Shown here piece after piece: positions 63,927 through 64,000 of a stretch of DNA of 64,000 nucleotides. The notes beneath the pieces were generated by a model, which was not told where the DNA came from, did not search any database, and worked only from the letters and a program-made list of their open reading frames with translations. Position numbers and translations under genes: made by a program. This DNA is from Cyanidioschyzon merolae (Eukaryota): assembly GCA_000091205.1 (NCBI GenBank), contig AP006499.2. One strand, written 5' to 3'. Position 1 is the first letter of the stretch, and each line of letters begins with the position of its first letter.

Positions 63927-64000
63927 CAGTTCATCGAGCGGCAGTGAATTCGCTTCTTTGCTAAGCGAACGCTGATGTTGCTGTTTGTTTATAGAGTCCG

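Noticed and set aside
1-64000. tRNA, rRNA, snRNA and CRISPR search
   Set aside because: No T-loop GTTCGAnTC-type motifs in tRNA context, no rRNA-like conserved blocks, no U6 or U2 signature strings and no short regular repeat-spacer arrays were seen by eye. A covariance-model scan would be needed to exclude small RNAs.
1-64000. Prokaryotic origin of the window (given DnaG, FtsH, uL15, bacterial TyrRS)
   Set aside because: These genes are interleaved with strictly eukaryotic genes (RPN2, eIF3j, CBP20, MLH1, RPL4, DOP1) and carry long presequences and low-complexity inserts. There are no operon-like co-directional arrays or Shine-Dalgarno contexts.

Overview
This is a compact, GC-rich (~57%), essentially intron-free eukaryotic nuclear segment, not a prokaryotic locus. 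About 22 protein-coding genes on alternating strands cover roughly 60-65% of the 64 kb. Most long ORFs hold complete, recognisable eukaryotic housekeeping proteins. From left to right the confident genes are a Dopey/DOP1 protein, a short-chain dehydrogenase, a bacterial-type tyrosyl-tRNA synthetase with presequence, a candidate DNA polymerase delta subunit 3, bifunctional HPPK-DHPS, a cN-II-type 5'-nucleotidase, CBP20/NCBP2, proteasome RPN2, a CAX cation/H+ exchanger, eIF3j, a full-length DnaG-type primase, a GRHPR-like D-2-hydroxyacid dehydrogenase, MLH1, a dCMP deaminase with an N-terminal P-loop domain, organellar uL15, cytosolic RPL4/uL4, an N-terminally acylated ankyrin-repeat protein and FtsH. 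Lower-confidence calls are a type I membrane protein, a glutaredoxin-like CxxC protein, a small basic protein with an Hc1-like motif and a DnaJ-type zinc-finger protein. The ORF track uses alternative start codons (GTG/TTG). Several gene starts were therefore moved to the first ATG that agrees with homology. Non-genic content includes a ~1.35 kb dispersed repeat in two diverged copies (21055-22420 and 44820-46140), possibly a relic mobile element with a weak TnpB/Fanzor-like RuvC-III motif. There are also a 51-bp x~6.5 tandem array with TATA-like cores upstream of GRHPR and a 61-bp x4 array with CCAAT cores between uL15 and RPL4. Other elements are many tri- and dinucleotide microsatellites, some encoding homopolymer runs inside conserved proteins, and a Z-DNA-prone tract followed by a G-quadruplex-prone (G5AAAYT)n/AATGGGGGG telomere-like block. 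No tRNA or rRNA genes or CRISPR arrays were recognised. The several nuclear genes of bacterial type (DnaG, TyrRS, uL15, FtsH) suggest an organelle-bearing protist or alga. A cyanidialean-like red alga or a similarly compact lineage is possible, but the organism cannot be fixed from sequence alone.
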